64,000 bases of DNA from Callorhinchus milii. Taxonomy: Eukaryota. The stretch spans positions 83,578,001-83,642,000 of the forward strand of contig NW_024704742.1 in assembly GCF_018977255.1 (NCBI RefSeq). The letters run 5' to 3'. Shown piece by piece: positions 36,698 to 51,263 of this stretch. The notes beneath the pieces are model-generated. The model did no database searches. It was not told the origin of the DNA and saw only the letters and a list, made by a program, of their open reading frames with translations. The first letter of the stretch is position 1, and the number at the start of each line of letters is the position of its first letter. The translations under genes and the position numbers were made by a program.

Positions 36698-37099
36698 GCA
36701 CAGTTGGACTCTGTGAAAGGAAAGTGACAGGACTCCACTACACTGCACACTTTGAATGTATAGTTTTGTTTGTTCCCATCAGTGCTTTATAGTGGTGGTG
36801 GGTTTGCTGTTCACTGAAGCAATAAAACTTTTTTTAAGAAACGGTGAAGAAAATCACTTCAGTGTGTCAATCGTACTGCATTTCATTCAGCACGGTTTTA
36901 AAATCTACAAATGGAAAACAGACCGGAGGTGGGGAAAGGGAAAACAATCCCCATCACTGCTTTTCATCGCCATGCTTGGTACATATGTGTGTGATCGAGA
37001 TTATCTGGGCCACAGAACACTCTACACAAATAACCAGCAAATGCTTTGATAGACACTGTGCTTCTCTAGGGCAGCATTGGCCTTGGCAAACTTTTCCAG
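36698..37099. repeat. Direct repeat copy A'
   Basis: Same sequence as 34550-34950. Confidence 0.95.
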
Positions 37100-37365
37100 T
37101 TACTGCCTAGCGGGAAGCTTGCTTTGCTGTGATCTACTTTCAGGGCAGAGTTCCTGTGAATCAGCGTGATGTGTGTGCTTTACTTCCACTTACTAGACAG
37201 TGGGTGTGGGGGTGGGGGGGGGTGTGTGGGGTGGTGTGGGGTGGGTGAGTGGGGGGTGGGTAGCCGGTCTCCACTCGGTTTCCTCGTTAGGGAGTAGGGG
37301 GTTGGACATCACTGCACATTGAACTCCATTGAGCTAAGAGTCGTTTGCTTCCTATCATTCTCCAG

Positions 37366-37443
37366 GCTCAACAAACGCAGAAAGTTCTTCGTGGATGCTC
37401 ATTGCCATCCTCAAACAATTGCAGTTGTGCAGACACGAGCAAA
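37366..37443 (+). CDS. GLDC: GLDC exon 5 ([26 protein letters not shown])
   Basis: tccag|G...GCAAA|gtacgt; 78 nt. Confidence 0.97.
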
Positions 37444-38187
37444 GTACGTCAATATTTCACATTGTATCTTCCCTCCCTGTTTGAAGTCCCCCCCCACACA
37501 CACCTCTTCCCCCATGGAATATTTTCTAGGTTACAATTAACTCCTGATAATCCTGTTGACTTGCTGATAATCATTCTGTCAATGATGGCAATTAATTATG
37601 CCTACCTCGTCACTGAGCCCTTTTCTGTTGGAGTGATACGTTATCAGAAGTTCACAGTGACACAAACTAATAAGTCAGCAGTTTGAAATCTGCTAAATTG
37701 TTCAGATCAACCCTTAACCCTTAGCGTGCTAGAAAAAATATTTTAACTTCATGTACACTGTCCATTACAATTCTTCTTTCTAAAAAAAATCTTTAAAAAT
37801 AATTTCTCTTCTGGCTCACGTTGTGTATTCTGGAGGTGACGGATCCTCTTTTTTAAAAAAAACAAGTGTCTTACATTTTACATTGGGTTTAAAAAAAAGT
37901 ACTCATTATAAAGCAGTATAAATGACATCTCGAGGATCCATGAGAACTCAGCTCCAAACAGACGTCTGGTTAATGCCAGTATCTTGCACATCTCGTGCAA
38001 GAGGTTCCCAGATGGACTTGGGACTTTACATCCCAAGGCGCTTTCCTGGTGAGGAACCATTAAAATAGCTGTTTTCCCGAGCAAGTAGCGAATAGTTGGC
38101 CAGGGTGCATGAGAATTCTAATTTCTATATTTGCTGGATTCTGTGAGCCTGGGTTTGATTTGTTCTTTGCTGTATCTCTCCTCTCAG

Positions 38188-38335
38188 TTACATAGGAGTC
38201 ACGACAGAGTTGAAATTGCCCCACGAGATGGATTTCAGCAGGAAGGATATCAGTGGTGTGCTGTTCCAGTACCCAGATACTGAGGGAAGAATTGCCGATT
38301 TTTATGAACTTGTTGACCTCGCACATCAAAACGGG
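38188..38335 (+). CDS. GLDC: GLDC exon 6 ([49 protein letters not shown])
   Basis: ctcag|T...ACGGG|gtgagt; 148 nt. Confidence 0.97.
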
Positions 38336-38869
38336 GTGAGTGAGAGAATTGAGCTTGTGACTGACCGGCATGCTGATTAGCTGTGGCTTAGAGCTCCCAT
38401 TGTGCTGACCAAAATGATTTGATAATAAGCTGTTCTGTAGCCAGCCTAACCTTGTGTTAGCTGTATCAGTGAGTCTGTGTAGTTAACCTAAAACCATGTG
38501 TTTGCTTTTACATGGTAGAGCAGTATATTTGAATCCTATAATTATAATAATAATCTTTGCATTTGATACAGCGCCTTATCACATCATCGAGACGTCTCAA
38601 AGTGCTTCACAAAATATACTGTAATGTGGGACACCTTAGGTCATTCTTCCGACGTGAAAGGCGCTATACAAATATAATTTGTTGTTGTTGATTGACTGTG
38701 TATTTTGTGGGCGAAACACAGCAGCCAGTTTTGTAATGCTCCTTTTAGGCTTATTTATTTTTATTTATTGATTTATTTTCATGTCCTTGTTCAAGAAAGG
38801 GGTGGAGGTGGGGTGGTAGAAATCTGTGCATTGTTAATCTTTTCATAATCTCTTCTAATTAAACGAGAA

Positions 38870-39232
38870 AATAATAATCCTTGCATTTGATATAGCTCCT
38901 TATCATGTCTTCGAGATGTCTCAAAGCGCTTTACAGAATTTACTGTAAAGCGAAATGGCTGTATATTTTGTGGGTGAAATGAGGCAGTCAATTGCACACA
39001 GCAGCCAATCCACAAACAGTCATGGATTGAGTGACCAAATTATTTTTATTTATTTTGAAGAAATTTTTACCCCCGGAAAAGCAATCTGCAAATTGACTAA
39101 CAACTGGGTTCCTACTTAGTGCGAGGTAAACAGAGGCATGTGGAATAAGGAAACTTGCCCAACGTTTCACCCTGCCAATTTGAGGGTTGCCAGGTCCTCT
39201 CACTTGCTCTAACCACTACGCTACAGGATTCC
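38870..39232 (-). mobile_element. tRNA-derived SINE, long subfamily
   Basis: Tail to head, reverse complement of the family consensus. Confidence 0.87.
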
Positions 39233-40252
39233 AAATAATCATCTCATTGCTAATCAGTTACGGCATGTAGGATGATGTAATGTTAGTTTGAATTTGCACA
39301 TGGAGGCAGAGAGATAGGGAAAGAAAGGCTGAGAGTAACAAATGTACAACGTATGATTCTAAAGAAACATAAAATAATATGAACTGGGAGGGGAGTTCCT
39401 GGAAAAGATTGTTATTTTAACACATTTATCTCAAAGTGAAATAACACTGCATTTTGACTTATCTTTCATCTCATTCTTCCAGAATACCCACACTACCATC
39501 CCCATCACAGTATGAAGTTGTTTTTTTNCAAATGAGTCCAGTGTCTGGCCTCTACCAACTATCTTGGTAACCTTTACCAATCGTTAATTACCCTCTGAGT
39601 AAGGAAAAACTTCCTGTTGTCTGAACTGAAAATGCCCTTTGCAACTCAAAACGTATGCCCTATCCCAGCTCACCCATGAATGATGACTAGATGTGAGAGG
39701 TACCAGAAACAATCTGTACTCTTAGAGCCATACCCCAGCGGGAGGAAGAATGGAGTTGGAATGACTTCCAGAAGCCAGAAGGGGAGGGAAATTTAGTGGA
39801 GAAATGTGAAAACTTGAGAAACAGTATAAGCGAGTTCTATAAAGTGAGTGGCTAAAAAGACAACTTGGATTGTTGTTATGCTTTTAAAATGTTTGTGGAT
39901 ATTCAGGGGAAATGTGATGGGGTGACTACAAATGGGAATCAGGATGGAAGCAAACCCGAAATAGTCAAGGTGACCAAAAAAACATGATGTTCCATAAGAA
40001 TGAAATTACAGTATATCCGCTTAATATAAAGTCTGAGATTGGAACTAAATAGAAGGCATGTGTCGTAAGGTTACAGATTCCCATTGTGATTTGAGTTAAC
40101 CTTTAAATCCTTTCATGGTCTCACCCCACCTTACCTCTGCGTCAGTGGTCCAATAAGCTAGAGTGTTACATTTGTCCAATAGGCCACAGTGATAGATTGG
40201 TCCAACAGACTGATATGGAAATTCTTGATGCTAGCACTGGGTACCAAAGTAA

Positions 40253-40693
<441 letters not shown>

Positions 40694-40996
40694 TAATGTT
40701 ATCACTTCCCTGTATTGTAACTCCTAAGTCTATTGCACCGACACCTATGTTTTGGTTCACTATCCAGCTGTAGCACAATTTGATAGATCTGTGAGTAAGA
40801 AGTTAATCTACTCTCAAATATATGTTTCAAGTGAAAATGAATTTACTTCCTCAAATGGAGCTTTGTGGAAATAGAGCTCTTGTCGACCAATGTTAACTGT
40901 TAGCTTCACAGATGACTTTTCTAAAGGAACCAAGGCTATGGACTTAGCTGTAGTTTGTTCCAGGCAAATTGGTGTCCTTTCTGCTATTCCTCTTCC

Positions 40997-41323
40997 TAAT
41001 AATAATAATAATCCTTGCATTTGATATAGCGCTTTTCACGTCGGGAGGACGTCCCAAAGCGCTTCACAGAACACACTGTAAAGTGAATTGACTGTATATT
41101 TGTGGGCGAACGTGGCAGCCAATTGCGCACAGCAATGTCCCACAAACAGTCATATGGATTGAAAATGACCAATTTTTTTATTGGTTTTGGTTTTGGAGGG
41201 ATTATTATTAGGCTCTGTGTGGAGTAAGGAAACTTGCCCAAGGTTTCGCCCTCTGCCTGGAATTGAACTCAGGTCTCTCACTTGCAAAGCGAGTGCTCTA
41301 ACCACTGAGCTACAGGACTCCAC
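40997..41323 (-). mobile_element. Young tRNA-derived SINE, short subfamily, full length
   Basis: Head differs from the 18540 copy by one base over about 105 nt. Confidence 0.93.
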
Positions 41324-41397
41324 GGGGTATATTCCGTTCCTGTAGGAAATAATCAAACTGTCAAATACAACAATGAGATGATAATTCTGGACACTGG

Positions 41398-41978
41398 TAA
41401 TAATAATAATAATAATCCTTGAATTTGATACAGTGCTTTTCATGTCTTCTAGATGTCTCAAAGCGCTTTACAGAATATATTGTAAAGTGAATTGACCGTA
41501 TATTTGTGGGCGAAACGCAGCAACACAGCAGTGTCCCACAAACAGTCGTGGATTGAGAATGACCAATTTATTATTGTTTTGTTTTGGAGAGATTATTATT
41601 AGGTGTGTGGAGTAAGGAATCTTGCCCAAGGTTTCGCCCTCAAGGTTTCCTGGTCCCACAAACTATTATTTTCTGACCTACATGAGCTGGCTGTAAACCA
41701 GTATATACAATTTAATTAAAGAGGATGTGCCATATCCCCAGCAGGAAAGGTGGGTGAGGGGAAACATGACTATAAGCACAGTTGAAGAAGTGTTTAAAGA
41801 CAGATAGAGAGGGAGCTTGGCTGGGTGATTTAGGGTGTTGCCAAACCTCACGTTGGTGGTATTGACCACAAATATACGGTCAATTCACTTTGCAGTCTAT
41901 TCTGTGAAGCACTTTGAGACGTCAAGAAGACGTGAAAAGCGCTATATCAAATGCAAGGATTATTATCATTATTATTAT
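41398..41978. mobile_element. SINE (-, 41398-41640), degenerate L2 piece, and SINE tail (+, 41866-41978)
   Basis: Family-diagnostic tail and body sequences. Confidence 0.8.
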
Positions 41979-42637
41979 TGACTGAACAAATTGTCAAACA
42001 TTGATTAGCAGAGTGGTGAGAACAAGAGAGTAAACCACACAAACAGCTTAGACTGGTGTCTCTCCTCAATATCAGTGTCACCCTAGCTTAATTTCATCCA
42101 CTCTCTTCCCTAAGAGTATATATTGTTCTGCAGGATTATTATTTTATTGTTCTCTATTGAAGGAATGAGTTGTCCCATTTGAGTTTTGAACCCCAAATCT
42201 TCTGGTGATCAACCTATGGATCTTTGTTGTACAAAGAAAAATGCAAATTGCTCAACTCCAAATTAAATAGAACAACAACAACAACAAATAAGAATTTTAA
42301 CAACAACAACAAAGAATTTCCCAAAATAAACTCAATTCACTACATTTACAACTAAGCATTAAGATACTGCCCTGAGGCAGCGAGGTTATGTGAAGTGAAA
42401 CAAACAACCGAGTCTGAAAACATTCCGTGACTATTAGAAATAATGTGTACAGTACAGTACTTCCAACTGAGCTGAAAGCAACTTTGTGTCTACATCTTGT
42501 AAACAATACATATCTTCGAAATCGCATTAAAATCTTTGGCCTGCTATGAATCTATAAATAGCTTAGCCTGATATTATTTATTTAGGGGGAATGCATAATT
42601 TTTTAATAATAGTAATCCTTGCATTTGGTGTAGTGCT

Positions 42638-43319
42638 GTGGCATCTTGTTTGACCCTTAACTATGCTTTCTACCCCACATCAGTGCCTTGATCCATTCTG
42701 CGTTCCCCCACCACAGATACCCTCATACACGGATTCAAAACATCCAGGCTCGACTATGCAAACTCCCTGCTTGTCGGCCTCCCCAACTCCTCCCTCCATA
42801 GGCTGCAGATCATCCAGAACACTGCAGCCCGCGTCCTCTCCCACACCAGGCTCAGTGACCCTATCACTCCCACCCTCGCCCGACTTCACTGGCTTCCCAT
42901 CACACAGAGGATACAGTTCAAGATCCTGGTCCTCACCTTCAAAGCCCTCCATGACCTTGCTCCCCCCTACCTCTACAATCTCCTAACTCCCTACCAACCT
43001 GCCTGCTGTCTGCGCTCAGTGGGCTCTGGGCTGCTTCACATCCCCCGCTTTGACCGCCCCACCATTGGCAAGTCTTCAGCCGCTCTGCCCCCACCTTCTG
43101 GAACTCTATCCCACAGTCCCTCAGCCTCGTCCCCTCCCTTGCCTCCTTCAAGACCCACCTCAAAACCCTCCTCTTTGACCATGCTTTCGATTACCCTCGA
43201 TCCCCCTGCCCTCCACCCTCCCCGATCCTGACCCTCAGCTCGGGTCCGAAACACTGACTGTCCAGTCCCTTGGACGTCCTAATGACGTGAAAGGCGCTAT
43301 ACAAACGTTGTTGTTGTTG
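42638..43319 (+). mobile_element. L2 LINE 3' fragment with (TTG)n tail
   Basis: tccaggctcgactatgcaaactcc... gacgtgaaaggcgctatacaaacgttgttgttg. Confidence 0.9.
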
Positions 43320-43633
43320 CCTTAACATGACTTCGGGATTTCTTAAAGCGCTTCACAGAATATACTGCAAAGTGAATTGACTATATTTTGTGGGCGAAAC
43401 CCAGCAGACAATTGTGCACAGTAGTGTCCCACAAACATTTGTGGATTGAGTGACCAAATTATTATTATTATTGAATTATTTTTCAATGAAAAGGCAGTTT
43501 CTGAGTATGTGTTTGCTTTCCATGTAATCTCGATGCAATGCACTGCAAATAATTATTAGTAATAATAATATTTTAAAATCTGGAGTTTAAAATCTTCTGA
43601 AAGTTTGCATTGTGTAACATAAGATGAGGGTGA

Positions 43634-43927
<294 letters not shown>

Positions 43928-44656
43928 TGACAGCCCTTGACTCACAGTGAAAGCACTGTTGCTTTTACTTGTAAAAGAGATCTGGGATTTCCCGTAGTTT
44001 CTCTCAATCTTGCATAGCATCAGAAAAAACCTTGTGAGTGACACGTGGTGAAGGGGCATGGGGTAAAAATTAAAATGTTACGGTGCTGTGCTTAGTGCAC
44101 AGGTATATAGAATTCTTTGTAGCAATTACAATTTGACCCGTTACCATGAGAGTCAGAAGATGCACAGGAGTAGGAACCTATTACAGGGGTGTCTTATTTT
44201 AAATCAATAGGAATAAAAACCCTACCAATCACTATAGCGCCTGTCACATTGGGAGGATGTCCCAAAGTGCTTCGCAGAATATACTGTAGAGGACTGTGTA
44301 TGTTTTGCGGGAAGATTACAGTTACACCTGATTGATATTCCCCTTGGTTACTTTGGCAGTGTTTTGGATTCATTTCATCAAATAGTAGGCTTGGTGTTTT
44401 CAAAATGGAAAAAAACTAAGAAGGAGAAATGAGAAATTGCGTAGCTCAGGCAGACAAAATCAAAATGGCGAAAGTGAAGAGCCTGATGAGAAGGCCATGT
44501 TAAGAGCTAGATCTGAGAAAACGTCAATGTTGCAAACACAAAAAACATTGACTGGTGGATATGATTTGCACCAAAGTGGATCATTGAAAGGATGGACTTT
44601 CTCCTGAACTGAGGAACTCTAACAGTGCCATTGCTCTAACTGAGGAACACCAATTC

Positions 44657-45070
44657 TAGCCAGGCTCCACTGGCTCCCTATCGCTGAACAGATCAATTTC
44701 AAGATCCTCACACTCATTTTCAAATCCGTTCATACCCTGGCACCTCCCTACCTCTTTGACCTGCTTATTCCCAAACCCACTGCCCGCTGCCTCCATTCGA
44801 CTGGCTCCGGCCTCCTGCATGTCCCTTGTGCCTTCCGTTCCACCAAAGGTAGCCGCGCTTTCAGTCACTACGCTCCGAAACTCTGGAACACTCTTCCTCT
44901 ATCCCTTCACCTTACTCCGCCCTTCCCTATCTTCAGATAGTTCCTGAAGACCTTCCACTTCGACCGTGCCAATGGACAACTCCCTCCTCCCTCCGGCTTG
45001 GCATTGTGCTCCACCACTGTCAAGCCCTCTGGGAAGCTACCCTGAGAGGCGCTATATCAGTTATATGTTG
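44657..45070 (+). mobile_element. L2 LINE 3' fragment
   Basis: aggctccactggctccct...ctccgaaactctggaacactct. Confidence 0.8.
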
Positions 45071-46138
45071 TGAGGACCAGATGGGGAGTAAATCAGGGAA
45101 ATAAATTCCTGAAAGGCTGGTAAAAGCAACACAAAATGCAAAGGAAAACAGAGCTTCTGAAGAACAAAATGGATGCAGTAAAAATATTGATGTATGTTGG
45201 ACTGAAAGGAATAGGCCTCAATGATTGATGGCAACACTTTTCAACAGCCTTCTTGAGTTTCTGCAGATATAGATCCTTAAGGATGCAATGTGCTGTGAGT
45301 GCCTGGATTTACTGCATAAGGTTCTGTTACATCGATAGTATCAAGCACTTAAAGTCAGCACCCTTTTCAAAACAAATCGTGATGATATATTCCTAAGCAA
45401 TCGTTTGCTTTGATTGCTCAATTGCTCCCATTTTGCATGAAGAAATATTGTCTCCTGTCTGAAGTAACTGTGTGTTTGCAATCTTTTCAATTTGGCTCAA
45501 GAAGTGGCTTTTAATGATTATATAACACAGAGGATCAAATGGATTCCAGTCTTCCACTGCTAGGAGGTGATCTTTGAGGCAGCTCAGCCCCAAAGAGAGC
45601 ACACTGTCCTCCCACCCAAAGAGGATAGACACTAAATGGTCATTAGAAATATATTTATACTGATTTTCCTATTCTCTTCTGTTGCCCTTAATTTGAAGAT
45701 CTGATGATGGTAAGGCTATGTATCACAGGAAGTAGAGGATACTCAGTATCTTGAGACCCTCTTGCGATAAGACCCTCAGATAGTTCCCCTGTTCACCATG
45801 ACCTATTTTGAAGTACTGTATGAGAAAGACTGACAACTCCATTTGAAGAATGAGGAGGATACTCTTACCCAAGCATCTACTAAATAAAAAGTAAGATGTA
45901 GCAAAATTAAAAGTAAGATGTAAGATCTTACTGTTAAAAAAAATGATGGGAAAGAAAGGTTCCTGGCCAAAAAAAGTGAAAATATATATGTTTTATATGT
46001 ATAACAATTGGATTTGAATTGATGAATATGTGTTTGATCGGTACTGACATCTGCGCCAGACGGAGTGAAGCTACAACAACAACAACTTTAATTTATATAA
46101 AGCCTTTCACGTGGGGTAGGGTCCCGAAGCTATACCCA

Positions 46139-47050
46139 GCACAAATAGCCCATTGCAAGATTAAAGCTTTAAATCTTGAGAATCTTTGAAATGTTTATTG
46201 TTAATTTGTTAACTGTTCAAGAGGTTTGGCATGAATTCTGCATCATAAACCATTACCAGTTGGTTTGTTTCCAGTCTGAATAATACTGATAGGAGCGGGA
46301 AATATGAACCTGGTCTGGCATTCAACATTGCTGGCTTATTTGCTCCAGCCAGAACTACCAAAAAGAAGTAAACTTTGTAAATCAGCAGTATTACAGAGTT
46401 TATTTGACTGGAGCAAATAATAACGATGATAATATTCCTTGCATTTGATATAGCGCCTTTCACTTCAGGAGGACGTCCGATAGACAATATGTACTGTAAA
46501 GTGGAGTGACATCTGTTTTGTGGCCAAACTTGGCAGTTAATCTTGCACACCGTAATGTCTAACTAATGTCCAAGCAGTGAATAATCAATTTTATTTGGAG
46601 GATATGTTGGCCAGAACACCGGGAGAAACTCTTTCTCTTTTCAAATAGTGCCATGGGATCTTTAACGTCCACCTGGATAGGCAGACAGGACCTTGGTTTA
46701 ACATCTCATCTGAAGGATGGCACTGCTGACAATGAAGCATTCTCCCAGCACTGCTTTGGAGTGTCAGCTTAGACTGTGAATTCAAAGTCCTAGATGTGTG
46801 GCTTGAACCCACAACCTTCTGACACAGAAGCGAGAGTATCACCGACCGAGCCAGGCTGATATAACAAATAAGGCAGTGGTGTGGATTGCCAGGCCAGATT
46901 TATATTGCCTGCCCTGTATCACTATAAATCATACTGCAAACAAACCAACCATTAATGGCTATGATCTGGAATTCATGCCAACACTGTTGAACAACCCTTT
47001 CAGGGATTCTCGAGATTTAGGCTTTAATCTTGCGATGAGCTCCTGTGTGC
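46139..47050. repeat. Long inverted repeat (arms about 46139-46342 and 46865-47050) enclosing a SacSINE1-like copy
   Basis: ttgcaagattaaagctttaaatcttgagaatc vs gattctcgagatttaggctttaatcttgcga; ttggcatgaattc vs gaattcatgccaa; gttggtttgttt vs aaacaaaccaac. Confidence 0.85.
46425..46860 (-). mobile_element. Old SacSINE1/Deu-like SINE, near full length
   Basis: atagtgccatgggatctttaacgtccacctg...cttgaacccacaaccttctgac...gagccaggctga. Confidence 0.82.
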
Positions 47051-47304
47051 AATCACATTTGAGTGTTTGTAATTCCACCAGTGCTACTTTACTAGCACCC
47101 CGGAAAAGGCAGACTTGCAACATAATCAGAAACTTTTTTGCAGGAACTGTTCTGCAGATCTGTCACAAAAAGAAGAATTATCTTGAGTGAAAATAATACC
47201 ACTTTTCTATGACAAGCCTGCCGCTTCAGGCAGCTGGTAATGTAATGTAAAAGCAGAGGCATTTCCCTGTGTTACCTGATCCCTCCAATAATAATTTTTG
47301 CATT

Positions 47305-47625
47305 GTGGACTCCTGTAGCTCAGTGGTTAGAGCACTTGCCTCAAAAGCGTGAGGACCTGGGTTCGATTCCTGGGCTCGATTCCTGGGCAGGGCGAAACGT
47401 TGGGCAAGTTTCCTTACTCCATGTGCCTCTGTTTACCGAAAAAAAAAACTAAATAATAATTTGGTGACTCAATCCACGACTGTGTGGGACACTGCTGTGT
47501 GCAATTGGCTGCCGTGTTTCGCCTACAAAATATACAATCAATTCACTTTACAGCATATCCTGTCAAGCGCTTTGAGACGTCTCGAAGATGTGAGAAGGCA
47601 CTATATCAAGTGCAAGGATTATTGT
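47305..47625 (+). mobile_element. tRNA-derived SINE with tandemly duplicated B-box region
   Basis: gggttcgattcctgggctcgattcctggg. Confidence 0.87.
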
Positions 47626-48579
47626 TAGAATTTGGTATAGAGCCTTTCATGTCAATAGGGTGTTTCAAAGAACTTTACAGGATTTTGCTGTAAAATATAG
47701 TGGGCATGTATTCGGTGGGGGAGTGCAGCATCCAGTTTGCACAGCATTGCAGCTGATACTATTGCTCAAACTACTTATTTGTGCAATTTTTTGCAACATC
47801 CCACGAGCAGCTACTTACCCTCAATGATACCAGAAACTGTTCGGAAAAGTCCCTTAATATTCCGGTACACTATGTGTCCCAGGTTTCCAGTTGTCCATTG
47901 GTTTGATCTTTACATTAGTTATACTAATATTATGATCAATACTGACATTCACAAAACTTTCTACATCATATGACATTTCTAAGAAAAGCATCAGAGTATT
48001 TACGTGCAGTCATCACAGTTCATTTGAATTCAATTTAAAACACAAGACTTTTCAGAGGGTCAATTTCCACATGCAGTGACTGAACAATGCTTCTCTGTTG
48101 ACGTTGGTTTGAACCAATGTCTAATTATATCTTTGCACTTTTTGCTGGAAGTTGCAATGAATGCAATGATTGCGCTTGGTGAACGACCATATCACAGCAA
48201 GACGCCTCACAAAATAAATACTTTGAAAGCAAAAGAAGCAGCTAATTTTGCAGCAGCTAATGTGCAGCAGCTAATGTGCAGCAGTAATGTCCCACAAACA
48301 GCAATGAGATGAAAGCAAAATTGAATCTGTTTGGGTGTGTTCGGATTAGCGATGATAAAATTTGGTCAGCACAACAGGGCACTATGTTTCAACATAGTTT
48401 TTCACATGAACCATCAGAGCAGACAGAACAACTGCAGGATTCAACGTTTCACTGCAGGAAACGTTAACTTAGAACTTCCTGGACTAGAGTTATGAGCTCA
48501 AATCCTGGTTATGAGCTCAAGCCCTGCATGCCCCCCACCCTTTGGAATTCCTTGACTACCCTCTCAAAATGATATTCAC

Positions 48580-49047
48580 GAACATTATGCCAGGAGTCAA
48601 AGGGTTAAATTATGAGGACAGGTTGCATAAACTTGGTCTGTATTCCTTGAGTTTAGAAGGTTATGGAGTGATCTAATTGAGATTTTTAAAATGACAAAAG
48701 GATTCGAAGGGATAGACACAGAGAAACTATTTCCTCTGGTGGGGGAAATCCAGAAAAGGGGGCCATAATCTTAAAATCAGAGTTAGGCCATTTAGGAGTG
48801 AAACCTGGAAGCACTTTTTCACGCAAAGGGTAGTAGAAATCTGGAACTCTCTCCCCCCACCCCCGCAAAAGGCTGTGGATGCTGGTTCCTTTCAATTCTG
48901 AGGTGGATAGAATTTTATTAGATTAGGGTATCAAGGGATATGGGGCAAAAGTGGGCATTTAGAGTTGAGGTACAGATCAGCCATAATCTTATAGAATGAT
49001 GGAACAGGTTTGAGGGACTGAAAGGCTTACTCCTGTTCCTATGTTCC
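48580..49047 (+). mobile_element. CR1 LINE 3' end, nested within an L2 fragment
   Basis: ggttaaattatgaggacaggttgc...cactttttcacgcaaagggtagtagaaatctggaactc...cttactcctgttcctatgttcc. Confidence 0.85.
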
Positions 49048-49905
49048 AACTCATCCGCCTCTCAATCTGTCTTTAAATCCCACCTTAAAACCTGCCTCTG
49101 ACCGCATCTATGGTCACCTCTCCATTCTCCCTTGCCCAGGTTCAGACTCTGCCACTGTGAAGCAATCCAAGAAGTTAACTTACATAAAGGGAGCTATATA
49201 AATGCAAGTTGTTGTTGATGTTCTAGGGAACCAATTGTGGTGCCCAGCTGCTGCATGCAGCTGAGGTTGACAACAGGGGCTTTCCTGTTTTTGTAGCTCG
49301 ACTTCACACTAAAATGCCTTTACTAACCAAGCCATCAGGGTTGCGTACATCTGAAGTTTATTATCAAGGTTACTGCACCAGATGTTTTGAAAGTCTGTTG
49401 GAAGTGTGTCTGACGAAGCCAGACTACAGCTTCAGATGGGGGCTGTTGTGCTTGTGGCTTCACGCGCTGACCGGAGATGTTGTCCTTCTACTGCAGAAAT
49501 GCCAAAAGAGATAATGCTTCTCAGACCCTGCCACAAGAACAGATTTAGCCTACAAATACCCAGCCATTAGACCTTACTGTAAATCTTGTGAAGCGCTTTG
49601 GGACGTCCTCCTGACGCAAAAGCCGCTATGCTAAGTGCAAGGACTATTATTATGATTATTTAGTGAAAATTCCCTGAGCTTCTGTGTAAACATATCAATT
49701 CAAAATGAAAAAGAAGGTGCTTTTTCTGTGGAAAATGTTTTTGGCGCTTATCAAGACGTCAGAGGTGGGGAATAAGAATGGGGAGTAAATTGTACAACAT
49801 ATTGAACCTGCTCCAGTACCATATTAGCACGTGGCACCTCTTTATCTTTTCAGATTCCCTGACCCCAACTTTTTTTCCAGTGCCATTTTCTATTCTCGGC
49901 TACAT

Positions 49906-50244
49906 ATAATAATAATAATCCTTGCATTTGATATAGTGCCTTATCACATCTTCAAGACGTTTCAAAGCGCTTCACAGAATCTACTGTAAAGTGAATTGAC
50001 TGTATATTTGGGGGTCAAATGCGGCAGCCAATTACGCAATTTATTTATATATTTTTTAAAAAGGAATTATTACTCCCGGAGAAATGAATCGCCAATCGAC
50101 TAACAATCAGGTTCCTACTTAGTGCTAGTAAACAGAGGGCGTGTGGAGTAAGGAAACTTGCCCAACGTTTCAGCCTGCTGGGAATCGAACCCAGGTCTCT
50201 CGCTTGTGAGGCGAGTGCTCTAACCACTGAGCTGCAGGACTCCA
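49906..50244 (-). mobile_element. tRNA-derived SINE, long subfamily
   Basis: Tail to head gctgcaggactccac. Confidence 0.88.
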
Positions 50245-51263
50245 CAAAACACAAGATTCTTTTCACTTTGGCTAGATTCAGGTCTGCTGGCTGGAGACAT
50301 CCGAACTCACCGGTCAAGTGCTTGTTGGTTCCTACTCATTTCTATAATGGGGGACAGTAGGGTTTTGTAAAGCACGCTTCTGATCTTCAGTATGAGGCTG
50401 CTGCACGGATGTTTTATATTGAATTACATAACATTTTACAGCGTGGAAACAGACCATTTGCCCAATTAGTCCATATGGGTCTTCATATTCCACATGAGAC
50501 TCCACCCCTTCATTGTATCAAAGCAATTAATTTTCTGGGTTTACATTGCTTCTCTCCTATCAATAGCATCCTGCCTTTAGATCCAATGCATTTCGTGGGT
50601 TTTACCCTCAAATCGTGCACTGACAGCTTAAACTGGTATTCAGATATCTGCACAACTGCAGGCCAAACCGAGGCATAGGGATCATGAATCGGTCAAAGCT
50701 TAACCCAAACCCACTATTTTTGCTCAGTAATTATGGTCTTAAGCATAATAATAATAATATAATAATCATTGCAACGTTCCACAAACAGCCATGAAATGAA
50801 TGACCAATTTTAACCAATTGATGTGGAAAAGGGAAACTGTACAGTTCTGTAGCAGGGTTGTGGTAGTTGGGGATAGGGGCAGCAACTATCTTAAGAGAAG
50901 TTATTTGGGCACAATAGAAGGTTTAACCTACATCATCTTGTACTGTACCTGACCTGGGATTGTTTAATGATGACACGGCCCACAAAGAAGAACACAAACT
51001 ATCACAGGAAAAGTAAAAATAGCCACCAGTGTTCAAACAATCAACCCCCACCACCCCATGGCCAAGGATACATTTTAAGAATATTTTTGTAATATAAGTT
51101 AAGCTGAAATATATCCTGAAAGTTTCTGCACAGACTCAGTGATTTATTTTATTTTCACAACCGCGGCAAATTTTTGATACTGGTTTCTGACAAAGCGAAT
51201 ATTTTAATTTTCTATGATTCTTCTTGGATGAAATGTTTTGTCTTATCTTCCTTTTAATTTTAG

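Noticed and set aside
44480..44530. Second CTGATGA...GAAAACGTC hammerhead-like string
   Set aside because: The intervening sequence does not form stem II and there is no stem I pairing
45698..45835. Possible intronic C/D snoRNA (TGATGA ... CTGA)
   Set aside because: No terminal stem or recognisable rRNA antisense element; short boxes are expected by chance
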